Source: an uncultured Methylomirabilota bacterium
GTDB lineage: Bacteria; Methylomirabilota; Methylomirabilia; Methylomirabilales; 2-02-FULL-66-22
Assembly: GCA_963845565.1 (NCBI GenBank)
Contig: CAWJSJ010000001.1
Location: forward strand, 1-64,000
Length of the DNA: 64,000 nucleotides
Direction of reading: 5' to 3'
Part shown: in pieces, positions 9,731 to 20,326 of the stretch
Layout: each line of letters opens with the position of its first letter
Position numbering within the stretch: position 1 is the first letter of the stretch
The notes under the pieces: model-generated
The model's input: the letters and a program-made list of their open reading frames with translations, nothing else
What the model was told of the DNA's origin: nothing
The model's database searches: none
Made by a program: the position numbers and the translations under genes

Positions 9731-11878
9731 TCACGGCCCCACTGTAAACCCCATCCCCCCGCTCCAGTTCCCATACCCCGCACTGTTCCACGACTGCACC
9801 CACCAGGTGGCACTCCCGAGCGCGAGCGCGGAGGCCGGCGTGATGCGGCACGTCCCGCTGGCACACCCCAGGGCCGAGGCCGGGTACCATTGCTGTAGCT
9901 TCGTTCCGGTGGGGTCATTCACCCACAGGTAGTACCAGGTGGAGGTTGGCACCGCCGTCCAGGTGTAGGTGGGCGTGGAGGTGGAGATCACGCCCGTCGG
10001 GGCGAGGAGCGCACTCACCGCGGGGGGCACCCCCAAGGCCGGGACGGTAAAGGCCATCCCGCCGCTCCACGGGCCATACCCAGCCTCGTTCCAGGTTTGG
10101 ATCCACCACGTGGCTGAGCCAGGCGCAAGGAGGGTGCCGGGGGCGACGCTACAGGTGCCACTGCTGCAGCTCAATGCGGTGGCGGGGTACCACTGCTGGA
10201 GCTTCCCCGACCCACTGGCGTCATTGACCCAGAGGTGGTACCAGGTGGCAGTCGCCACCGCCGTCCAGGTATAGGTCGGCGTCGTCGCCCCGATGGTCCC
10301 GGTAGGGGCAAGAAGTGTCGCGGCGGGCGGCGGGGTAGTGGCCGTCACAGTGAAGCGGCGTCCATCGCTCCACGGGCCGTAGCCGTCGGCGTCGCTCCAC
10401 GTCTGCACCCACCACTGGGCCGCGCCGGTGGCAAGGGCTGCGGCTGGGGTGACGCTGCATGTGCCGGCGCCAATCGCGCAGCCAGCCTGGGGGGCAGTGA
10501 CCCATTGCTGGACCCTGCCGGCGTGGGCGGCGTCGTTTACCCAGAGGTAGTACCACGTGGCTCCCGGAACGCCGCTCCAGGTGTAGGCGGGGGCCGAATC
10601 GGCAATAGGGCCGAAGGGCGATATGGACTGGGCCGCGGCGGGAGGCCAATGACCGGGAAACCCGTTTTCCAAAATGAAAACGCCTTCATTCGACCACGAC
10701 ACCACCGCGTCCGGCCGACCGTCGCCCGTGACGTCACCCACAGAGAGTGCCTGGTGTTCTAGTGAGCCGCCAAAAGAAATGGTTGGGAACGGGTAGGACA
10801 CCGACGGCTGGAAGGTGTGATCAGGATTCTGGAACAGCACGTGGACGGTTCCTGATGTCTCTCCCAAGATGTCCTGGAGCCCGTCACCATCGACATCCGC
10901 TATTTCGATCCCGAAGAGAGCGGCACCCCAAGGGACCGACAGCACGGGAGGATTCAGCGCTCCGGCGTTTCCCTGCAGGAAGACATTCAAGTACCCGCTA
11001 TTCCCCGGGTCCAGCACCACGACGTCATTTCGCCCATCTCCGTTCACGTCGCCAATCGCAAACGCTTCGAAGTTGCCCCAGTAGGTCGTTGTCACTGTGT
11101 AGAGGTCCGGCGTGCGGCTCAGCGTTCCGGGGACCGTTGACGTGTCTTGCCGGATGACTGCGAACGTGAGGTTGCCCGTCTGAACGACGAGGTCATTGTC
11201 CCCGTCGCCATCCATGTCTGCGACGTGGACTTCGCCCATGAATCTGACCGGGACTTCGTCGTAGATGTATTCGGGCATCAGAGAGCCGTCCCGATTCTGG
11301 TACCAAATTGAGACTGTGCCCCTCTCGGGATTCGTCAGCCAGTCTGCCAACACCACGACATCGTTGAGGCCATCTGAATTGATGTCAGCGATTGTGATAT
11401 CGCCCAAAGCGTTTCCGGTAACCGTGTGTTCCTCCGCAGGCAACAAAAGGCCGGATGCCGGGTCCTGGTAGAAGATCACAAGCCGATTGAGCCATCCCGA
11501 CAGGGCAGACCGCGAGATCCCCGAGACGGCCAAATCGGTCCTGCCGTCGTGATTGAGATCGCCAAGCGCGATCCGCCTCAGTGAGAGGTCGGGCACGTCA
11601 ATCACAACCGGATCGTCGAATTCACTGGCTGCGTTCTGAAAAAGGATCCAGACGGCACCTTGGCCGCCCGTAGTCACTGCCACCGCCAGGTCCAGCTTTC
11701 CGTCGCCGTTCAAATCCCCGATTGCTGTTTGACCGAATTGTTCCGCCTCGGCAGGGGAGGCCGCCGTCAGAGCGGTGAGGGAAATCAATACGAAGGCCAC
11801 CACAAGAGTTACACTACGGGGTAGCTGGCGCAGGGAAGAGCAGGACGCCTGCAACCAGGGTAAGATCCCAAACACCAT
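9731..11878 (-). CDS. Secreted FG-GAP/VCBS-repeat protein with 3 conserved C-terminal modules
   Basis: Signal peptide ending ASPAEA. Repeated GD(L/I/V)N.DG..D(L/V)(A/V)V motifs. Intact 715-aa ORF ending GMGFTVGP. Confidence 0.88.
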   Translation of the reverse strand: MVFGILPWLQASCSSLRQLPRSVTLVVAFVLISLTALTAASPAEAEQFGQTAIGDLNGDGKLDLAVAVTTGGQGAVWILFQNAASEFDDPVVIDVPDLSLRRIALGDLNHDGRTDLAVSGISRSALSGWLNRLVIFYQDPASGLLLPAEEHTVTGNALGDITIADINSDGLNDVVVLADWLTNPERGTVSIWYQNRDGSLMPEYIYDEVPVRFMGEVHVADMDGDGDNDLVVQTGNLTFAVIRQDTSTVPGTLSRTPDLYTVTTTYWGNFEAFAIGDVNGDGRNDVVVLDPGNSGYLNVFLQGNAGALNPPVLSVPWGAALFGIEIADVDGDGLQDILGETSGTVHVLFQNPDHTFQPSVSYPFPTISFGGSLEHQALSVGDVTGDGRPDAVVSWSNEGVFILENGFPGHWPPAAAQSISPFGPIADSAPAYTWSGVPGATWYYLWVNDAAHAGRVQQWVTAPQAGCAIGAGTCSVTPAAALATGAAQWWVQTWSDADGYGPWSDGRRFTVTATTPPPAATLLAPTGTIGATTPTYTWTAVATATWYHLWVNDASGSGKLQQWYPATALSCSSGTCSVAPGTLLAPGSATWWIQTWNEAGYGPWSGGMAFTVPALGVPPAVSALLAPTGVISTSTPTYTWTAVPTSTWYYLWVNDPTGTKLQQWYPASALGCASGTCRITPASALALGSATWWVQSWNSAGYGNWSGGMGFTVGP

Positions 11879-12165
11879 TTTCCTTCCTCCTGAAACGGTC
11901 GCTGGATGGCGGAGGATTCGACGGGCGGTGGTGTGAGTTGCGCGACTCTCATGCGCCTTCCTCGCACGTCCATGCGTTCACACGCTCGACGTCGTTTGTG
12001 TTTCCGTACGCATGGGAACGATGAAAAGGCCGATTTCTGCCCCAATGCGCAGGGTGGCCGCAGCCCCTGTTTCGTGCGGCCGCGTCACTCGCCCACCTTC
12101 CGATCGCCTCTTCAACGGACCTCCTCCGTGCGACGGGTCCCGGCGCAGTCGCGTCCGAATACTTC

Positions 12166-15100
12166 TCACGGCCCCACCGTGAACCCTTGTCCCGCACTCC
12201 AGTTCCCATACCCCGCACTGTTCCACGACTGCACCCACCAGGTAGCGGCGCCCAGCGCGAGGGCAGTACTCGGCATGATGCGGCACGTCCCGCTGGCGCA
12301 GCCCAGGGCCGAGGCCGGGTACCACTGCTGGAGCTTGATGCCGGTACTGTCGTTCACCCAGAGGTAATACCAGGTGGAAGTGGGGACCGCGGTCCAGGTA
12401 TACGTCGGGGTCGGGGTGCTGACGGTGCCCGTGGGACTCGTGAGCGTGGTCACCGCGGGGGGGACCCCCAGCGCGGGCACCATGAAGCCCAGCCCGCTGC
12501 TCCAGGGGCCGTACCCCGCGCTGTTCCAGGTCTGCACCCACCAGGTGGCAGGCGCCCGGGGCGAGGAGGGTGCTCGGGGTCACGCTGCAGGTCCCGCCCC
12601 CACAGCCGAGGGCGGTGGCGGGGTACCACTGCGGTGAGCTTGCCCGACCCACTGGCGTCATTGACCCAGAGGCAGTACCAGGTGGCCGTGGGGACGGCGG
12701 TCCAGGTGTAGGGCGGGGTGTTTCCGCCGATGGTTCCCGTGGGCGCCGTTAAGGTCGTGACGGCGGGGGGGACCCCCAGCGCGGGCACCGTGAAGCCCAG
12801 CCCGCTGCTCCAAGGGCCGTACCCCGCGCTGTTCCAGGTCTGCACCCACCAGGTGGCCGCGCCCGGGGCAAGGAGGGTGCTTGGCGTCACGCTGCAGGTG
12901 CCGCCGGCCGCACAGCCGACGCTGGCCGCGGCGTACCAGGTCTGGACCTTGGTCCCGGTGGCGTCCACGACCCAGAGGTAGTACCAGGTGGCCGTGGGCA
13001 CCGCGGTCCAGGTGTAGGGGGGAGTGTTCGTCCCGATCGTCCCCGTGGGGCTCGTCAGGGGGGCGGCGCCGGGGGGCGCCAGGAAGGCCGCCGTCACACT
13101 CCGGGCCTGGGTCATGGTGACGACACAGGTCCCCGTCCCGCTGCAGCCTTCCCCGCTCCAGCCGAGGAAGAGGGCGCCCGGATCGGCGGTGGCGGTGAGG
13201 GTGACTTGCGTATTGTAGTTGTAGCTCGCCACACAGGTCGCGCCGCAATCGATGCCGGAGACATTGGCGGTGACCGTGCCAGGCCCCGTCTTCGTGACGG
13301 TCAGCGGGAACGTCAACAGATTGAAGGTGGCAACGCAGTTCCGGTTGCCCGTCATCGTGAGGGCCCCGTCGCTGCAATCGCTGTCCCCGCTCCACCCGGC
13401 GAAGGTGGAGCCGGTGGCGGGGGTGGCGATGAGGGTGACGGGGGTGGCGCTGTTCACGTCCGCGCTACAGGTGCTCCCGCAGTCGATCCCGGCGGGATCG
13501 CTCGTCACCGTGCCGGTGCCGGTGCCGGCTTTGGCGACGGTGAGGTGGAAGAGTTGGATGAAGTGCAGCGTGCCGGCCTCAGCCCCCGGCCCCCCGTTGA
13601 CCGTGGAGGTGTTGAACCCGGCGAACCCGCCGTCGCTACGGTAGTACACGGCGATCCGGCCGCCGCCGCCGCCAGGGTATGCCGGATCACCACCCCACAT
13701 GCGAACGCCGCCGTTCGCCGCAAAAAGGCCGGAGCCAGTCAAGGTGCCGACGGTCGCCCAGATCGAGCCGCCCGAGCCGCCGCCGGAGTACGTTCCTCCG
13801 TTGCCACCGTTCGCGGAAATCGTTCCATCGTTCGTGAGCGTGCCAGTGACGATCAGGCGGATTGCGCCGCCACCGTTGCCGCCGACGGAGACGGTTGCGC
13901 CGCCAGCGCCGGAGCCGAGGTCCGCCGGCGCGTATGCCGATCCATAGGTGGGACCGGCGCTGCATCCGGCGTAGATATAGCCCACACCGCCATAGCTACC
14001 ACCCGCGCTGTCATATACAGCGGACCCGCACCCACCGCCCGGCCCATTTCCTGCTGCGCCGGTGGCGCCGCCAGTGTAGCCCTGCGAATCCGCGTTGATC
14101 GCGCTACCGGCGTCAACCCGCAAAGTGGCGGCGGTGATCGTCGCACCCTGACCGACCCACTGGTCGCCCACTTGCCCTGTTGTGTTCTTGCCCTGAACGA
14201 TGATCGTCGAGTTTCCACTTACCGAGAGCGTGCTGGTAGCGTTCAGGGTCGCCCCTCCGCCCATGATCAAGCGGGCTCCGTTGTGTACGGTGACCTCATG
14301 GAAGGTTAGATTCGCATCCTGCGGAATGACAAAGGTCTGGCCGCCGGTGACCTCCAGATTATTTCCCGTGGTATTGATGAAGGTGATTGTCCCCTGTTCC
14401 GCTCCCGTTCCACCGTTGGCGGTGGATGTGTTGAACCCCGTGAACCCACTATCAACCCCGTAATACACCGCGATCCGACCGCCCCCGCCGCCCGAGACCG
14501 GTAGCTCACTCCAGTAGCGGAGACCGCCATTGGCCGTGAATACGCCCGATCCCGTCAGCGTGCCGACCGTCGCCCAGATCGAGCCGCCCGAGCCGCCCAC
14601 GGCATAGGCGTCCAGACTGGGAGGCGAATTGGGACCGCCATTGCCGCCGTTGGCCGAGATCGTGCCATTGTTCGTGAGCGTGCCGGTCACGATCAGGCGG
14701 ATTGCGCCGCCGCCGTTGCCGCCAACGCGCGTACCCGGACAGGAGCCACCAGCACAGGTCGTGGTACCCCCACCACCAGATCCGAGATCCGTCGGTGTCA
14801 AAGCGGAACCATAGATGGGCCCTGCACTGCATCCGGTGTAGCTATAGCCCACGCCGCCATAGCTGCCGCCCGCGCTGTCGTACATGGCGGACCCGCATCC
14901 CCCGCCCGGCCCGTTGCCCGGTGCACCGGTGGCACCGCCGGTGTAGCCTTGTGCATCCGCGCTGATCGCGCTGCCGGCGTCCACTTGCACGGTGCCGGCG
15001 GCAAACGTCACACCCTGGCCGACCCACTGGCCGCCCACCTCTGCGGTGGTGTTCTTCCCCTTGAGGATGATACTCGAATTGCCCGTCACGCTCACGGTAC

Positions 15101-16184
15101 CGCCGGCATTGACCGTCGAGCCGCCGCCTACGATCAGCGTCGCACCGTCGCGGACCGTAATGTCGTGGAAGGCCAACGACGAATCCTCGCCGTAAATGAA
15201 GACATGGGGTCCTGCCACGAGCAGATCATTCTCAGTGGTGTTGAAGAATGCGACTGTCCCCTGTCCGGCCCCCGGCCCGCCGTTGACAGTCGACGTGTTG
15301 AACCCGCCGAAGGAATCATTAACCCCGTAATACACCACGATCCGACCGCCCCCGCCGCCCGAGACCGGTAGCTCACTCCAGTAGCGGAGACCGCCATTGG
15401 CCGTGAATACGCCCGATCCCGTCAGCGTGCCGACGGTGGCCCAGATGGAGCCGCCCGAGCCGCCCACGGCATAGGCGTCAAGACTGCTTGGTGGCCAATT
15501 GGGGGCGCTGTTCCCGCCGTTGGCCGAGATCGTGCCGTTGTTCGTGAGTGTGCCGGTCACGATCAGGCGGATCGCGCCGCCGCCGTTGCCACCGACGCGA
15601 GCACCCGGACAGGAACCACCGGCACAGGTCGTCGTGCCACCGCCGCCCGACCCAAGGTCCGTTGGCGTCAAGGCTGATCCATAGATGGGGCCCGCACTGC
15701 ATCCGGCGTAGCTGTAGCCCACACCGCCATAGCTGCCACCCGCGCTGTCATACATGGCGGACCCGCACCCGCCGCCCGGTCCATTGCCTGGTGCGCCGGT
15801 CGCGCCCCCGGTATAGCCCTGCGCATCCGCGCTGATCGCGCTGCCGGCGTCCACTTGCACATTGGCGGCGGTGATCGTCACGCCGTAGCCTTGCCACTGC
15901 CCATCCACCTGCCCCGTGGTGTTCGCACCCTGTAACGTGAGCGTGGCCCCATTTGTGACCGTCAAGCTGTTCACGTTGTACTGGCCGGCCGGCCACGTGG
16001 CGTCAGAAGAAATGACGACATCCCCGGTTTGCGCATGAGCAGCGCTTCCAAGGAAGAACAAGAGACCAATGACGAACACAGCCGGAAAGCGGGTTGGAAA
16101 CGAAAGGCGGCATGAGAAATCAGCGGACGCGAAACGCGGAGTGCCAAACTGGTTGCGCCATGGTGTGCGTGCGCTTCGGCACAT
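12166..16184 (-). CDS. Secreted glycine-rich repeat protein (3 x ~290 aa) with 2 InlB B-repeat-like domains and 3 conserved C-terminal modules (frameshifts near 12635 and 12550)
   Basis: Signal peptide ending SAAHA-Q. Three units containing GNGPGGGCGSA.YDSAGGSYGG.G...DLGSGGGG...GGNGGGAIRL...ISANGG...GGSGGSIW at an 870-nt spacing. ORF 12166-12537 supplies the terminal modules ending GQGFTVGP. Confidence 0.82.
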
Positions 16185-16299
16185 GGTAAACCTCCCTCGC
16201 TCTCGTTAGATTCCAACGCGATCAGGTACACGATTTCAACGCAGTGGGCTCCTCCTGATTCCGTTTGTCAGTGGATCATCCGCCCGTCGTCGCCTGTCC

Positions 16300-19128
16300 T
16301 CACGGCCCCACCGTGAAGCTCATTCCGTCGCTCCACGGCCCGTAACCGGCGGGACTCCAGACCTCGATCCACCAGATGCCCGTGCCGGCACCCAGGACCG
16401 TCGCCGGGGTGTAGCTGCAGGTCCCGGTGCCGCTCCCGCAGCCGGCGGTGGCGGCGGTCATCCACTGCGTGATCCGCGCGACGGAGCTATGCTCGATCCA
16501 GAGGTAGTACCAGGTCATCCCGGGGACCGCTTGCCAGGTATAGGTGGGGGTGGTGTCGGTGGTGGCCCCACTCGGGCTCACGAGGGTGGCCATGGTGGAG
16601 GGTTGGCTCACCGTGAAGCCCATCCCGTCGCTCCAGCTCCCGTAGCCGATCTCGTCTCCCCACCACTGGATCCACCAGGTGGCCGTCCCAGGGGCGAGGG
16701 GCGTGCTCGGGGAGACCACGCACGTGCCTATCCCGCCCGCGCAACCCACCCCAGCCGATGTGTACCAGGTGTCAATCTTCCGGGCCTGCCCGCTATCGTT
16801 CACCCAGAGCTCGTACCAGGTGGCGCCGGGGACTGGTTGCCAGGTGTAGATGGGCGTGGCCTCAATGCCCGCCCCGCTCGGGGCGAGGAGGGTGGCTTTG
16901 GGACGCTCACCCGGATCCATGACCGTCAGGTTCACGTCGGAAACCGTCACCCCTTCCCCGCTCACCAGCACGGGCGTCGGTGTGCCACCTCCTCGGATGC
17001 CCAAAGGTTCGCTTGCGTCTGGAATGCCGTTGCCGTTCACGTCCACGAATGCCCGTTCGTAGTACGTGCCGGGGATCACGCCCCGGGTGTCCGGACCGAC
17101 GGGGTCGCCGAAGGTGTACGCGGCGGGGAAGCTCACGGGTGCCTCGATGGTTCTCGTGTTGGTCGCCGTGCCGGTGAACCCACTGTCCAGGAAGAGCTGG
17201 ATGACGAGGGCTCCCGTCTGAGCGCCATAATAGCTGACGGTTCCGGAAACAAACGACGATTGCGTCAGCCGGATGTTAGCCCCCGGGGTGTCTGCGCCGT
17301 TGGTGACGGCCACGCCGCTGGCGAGATCAATACTGGGTGTGCCGGGTTGGCCGGTGAGAAAATATCGGTTGGCGTAGCCGAGGGCATTCGCGCGGACCTT
17401 GTAGGTACCGGGAGGGAGAGCGGTGACCTGGAAATTGCCGTTGGAATTGGTCGTGTCACCCGTCACCAGGCCGCCTGACGCAGCATCGTATACGCTGATC
17501 CCCGCACCTTCGATGGGTGTGGTCCCATCGTTTTGAGTAATCCGTCCAGAGAGAGATCCATTTGCAGTCGACAGGGCAAAGTTGATGTTCGCTGTCGCGT
17601 CGCCTGCCGCGACCGCCACGACATCCGCAGCAGCGTCGGTTGTGTGGCCGTTGTAGTGTTGAATCGCACGCCCGCGGATACTCGCGCGGACGACGTAATT
17701 CCCGGGAGGAAGCCCAGTGATCTCATAATTTCCACTGGCGTCGGACGTGTCCGAGGCAACGCTGCTCCGGTTCGCCTCGACGCGCACGGCGACCGAAGCT
17801 CCGGCGATCGGGGTCGTCCCGTCGGCCTCTGTCACGCGCCCGGTAATGCGTCCAAATACCGGGCTCAGGGCGATATCGATGTTGGGGGTCCCGGCGTTCG
17901 CCGATACGGCGATGAAGGCGCCATCTGAGAAGGTTTCCGCCCCGCCCGTTGGTGCGTAGTATCGCAGGGCGAAATCGGGATGGCTCACCCGGACCTTGTA
18001 GTAACCAGGGGGAAGACCCCGGAGGACATAGTTTCCATCCGAACGAGAGGCCTCGCCCCAGATGCTGTCGTTATTGGATGTTCGCGTACTGAGACTTGCG
18101 CCAACAATTGGCTGGCTGGTGTCCGAACGCGTGATCCGTCCCGAGATCCAGCCCGGGTTTTCGTCGAGCGAGAAGTTGATGTTGTCGGTCACGGCGCCGA
18201 CCGCCACCGTGACATCGTCTGCCGTCGCATAGACGAGTTGACCGTTGTAGTACTGCGGTTGGTACGCCCCCTCGGACGTCGCATTGACCTTGTAGACGCC
18301 GAGCGGCAAACCATCGATCTGGTACGTGCCATCGGCGTTAGGGCAGACCGAACGCACGAAGCCGCCCACGACGAGCTCCGCGCCGACGCACACGCTGGTT
18401 ACTGGTTGCCCCGCAAGGTCGCTGACGAGGCCACTGATGGAATTGTAGGTGGTCTCCAGCGCCACGTTGATGCTCGATGCCGTTCCACCTGCGGTGACCT
18501 CGATTGGCGTTGCCCAGCCGCGCCCGGGCGCGGCCACGTAATAACGCTGCGCATGTCCAGAGGCGCGGACCTCGATGATGTACTTCCCTGGGGGTAACCC
18601 GGTAAGGGTGTAGTTCCCCGAGGCATTCGTAGAGGTGCTGCGAACGAACGCGGTCCTGGGATGCGGACCACGCGCCTGGACGGTCGCGCTGGCGATGACG
18701 GCTCCTCCAACGGCGTTGGTGACTTGCCCGGTGATGGTCCCAAACGTGGTCAACAGATCAATGTCAACACCGGAGCGCGTTTCCGAGCCAGTCAGGGCAA
18801 AGTAATCCGCCGCGCCCTGATCGCCCGCGCCGCCATAGTATCGAACGGCGAAGCTGTTCTTGACGGCCCGCACCGTGTAGAGGCCGGGGGGTAGATTCGT
18901 GAAGGAATAGGTCCCGTCGGCTGCTGTGGTCGTGTTGTCCGGCGTGACGAAGAGGTTGGAATTGAACCGGAACAGGTTGACCGTGGCGCTCTGCACAGGC
19001 GTGACGCCGCCGCCCGTCGTCACGTGGCCCGTGATGGTGGCCCCCGCGTGTGCGAGTGCGGGCACGGCGAGGCAGAGGACGACCGCGGTCAAGAGCGCCA
19101 GGAGTTGAGACCTCGTGTCAGTTTTCAT
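16300..19128 (-). CDS. Secreted protein with ~6 carboxypeptidase-regulatory-like (prealbumin-fold) repeats and 2 conserved C-terminal modules
   Basis: GGAGG RBS, ATG at 19128 (MKTDTRSQLLALLTAVVLCLAVPALAHA). Repeats I(T/S)G.V.....PI..A.V...DG.Y.I.GLPPG.Y.VRA...Y..YY. Ends GMSFTVGP. Confidence 0.85.
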   Translation of the reverse strand: MKTDTRSQLLALLTAVVLCLAVPALAHAGATITGHVTTGGGVTPVQSATVNLFRFNSNLFVTPDNTTTAADGTYSFTNLPPGLYTVRAVKNSFAVRYYGGAGDQGAADYFALTGSETRSGVDIDLLTTFGTITGQVTNAVGGAVIASATVQARGPHPRTAFVRSTSTNASGNYTLTGLPPGKYIIEVRASGHAQRYYVAAPGRGWATPIEVTAGGTASSINVALETTYNSISGLVSDLAGQPVTSVCVGAELVVGGFVRSVCPNADGTYQIDGLPLGVYKVNATSEGAYQPQYYNGQLVYATADDVTVAVGAVTDNINFSLDENPGWISGRITRSDTSQPIVGASLSTRTSNNDSIWGEASRSDGNYVLRGLPPGYYKVRVSHPDFALRYYAPTGGAETFSDGAFIAVSANAGTPNIDIALSPVFGRITGRVTEADGTTPIAGASVAVRVEANRSSVASDTSDASGNYEITGLPPGNYVVRASIRGRAIQHYNGHTTDAAADVVAVAAGDATANINFALSTANGSLSGRITQNDGTTPIEGAGISVYDAASGGLVTGDTTNSNGNFQVTALPPGTYKVRANALGYANRYFLTGQPGTPSIDLASGVAVTNGADTPGANIRLTQSSFVSGTVSYYGAQTGALVIQLFLDSGFTGTATNTRTIEAPVSFPAAYTFGDPVGPDTRGVIPGTYYERAFVDVNGNGIPDASEPLGIRGGGTPTPVLVSGEGVTVSDVNLTVMDPGERPKATLLAPSGAGIEATPIYTWQPVPGATWYELWVNDSGQARKIDTWYTSAGVGCAGGIGTCVVSPSTPLAPGTATWWIQWWGDEIGYGSWSDGMGFTVSQPSTMATLVSPSGATTDTTPTYTWQAVPGMTWYYLWIEHSSVARITQWMTAATAGCGSGTGTCSYTPATVLGAGTGIWWIEVWSPAGYGPWSDGMSFTVGP

Positions 19129-19190
19129 GGCACACCTCCAACGCTTTCCGGCGTGGCTCCGATCCCGACGTGTTCGGCCTTCCAAACGAC

Positions 19191-19310
19191 AAAGAAGAAC
19201 CGGGCCCCAAAGGATGCAGGTTCCTTCGGCAGCCCGGCTGTCTCAGACGAGTGCTGGGAGATCCGCGGCTTTCCGTGCACGCCTCACGGCGTGTTTGGCC
19301 TTATCGGGAA
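19191..19310 (-). ncRNA. c-di-GMP-I (GEMM-I) riboswitch with an overlapping terminator (predicted ON switch)
   Basis: Minus strand TTCCCGATAAGGCCAAACACGCC-GTGA-GGCGTGCACGGAAAGCCGCGGATCTCCCAGCACTCGTCTGAGACAGCCGGGCTGCCGAAGGAA, then TCCTTTGGGGCCCGG-TTCTTCTTT. Confidence 0.92.
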
Positions 19311-19650
19311 ACGGCGATGATGTGCTTCGGTGAGTGGTGTTTCCCTCCATACTGGCGCGGCGATTCGCATGGTGCCGCGCTCATACCGGACTCGATCAGT
19401 CCCCAAAAAGATCAACGCCTTCCCGAATGGTCATGGGAAGGCGTTGCCCTGTTTACCACAGCCGCGAAACGTCATGTGGGAACCCAGTTTAGGATTCGCC
19501 TCACGGCTCACCGTTCATATTTGGTTAATGCGACGTCTACCCGAGACCCTTCGCGGTGTCAAGGGAAAACCGCGCCGCGAATTCCCGTCGCACGGAAAAT
19601 GCGAACCTTTCCGACAGATGGTGCAGGTGCGGCCGATTCTGGCTTCCGGT

Positions 19651-19668
19651 CGCAAGTATCGCGCCGGA
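19651..19668 (-). promoter_or_regulatory. Possible sigma-54 promoter
   Basis: Minus strand TCCGGCGCGATACTTGCG = GG-N10-GC with TTGC, about 340 nt upstream of the riboswitch at 19310. Confidence 0.35.
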
Positions 19669-20326
19669 AACCGAGGGTTGAGCCCGTCCACGCGTCGCGG
19701 TGCCAACCCCTTGAAAACAGAAGCAAAACTACGACCCCATTGTCTTCCGGCCTTGAAAACGACGACGACCGACGATACGGTGCGCATGCCGCCATTCGTG
19801 GCGGCACCATCTTCACGCAAGGCGCATACCAGATAGGGCTTGGCGTGGGCTCTGTCATCCCAGTCGGCACCCGGTTCCGCCCTATCCGCTCCACGGGCTT
19901 CCGCCCACACAGCGGTCAGAGGTGTAATCGCATGGCCGGCACTGCGCCTCGTGGCGGGCCAAGCCCATACCATGGTTGCGGCTGAGATCCTCTCGAAACG
20001 CGTGCATGCGCATTGAAAGTCGCGCAGGTGGGGTCCACGCGTCCAGGGGATTGGTCGCGTGCTGCGGCGACCGGAACCGCTCCCGCGATCTCGTTAAGGG
20101 TGATACGGAAGCGAGAAGGTCATCGAGTTGTCGGAGCGGGGACAGCGCGAGAGGCTGCGATTGACGTTGTGCCAGCATCGTTCGGCTGCCATGTGTATCC
20201 GGTCTTGCTCAAGAGTGTCACCTTTCCCGACGAAAAGGTGCAGTGCGTGCGCAAGCGGGGTCGGTTCGGGTAGGCATCGTTGGGGAGAAGACCGCGAGGA
20301 CGCGGTAGAGCGGCAATGTCCCGGGG

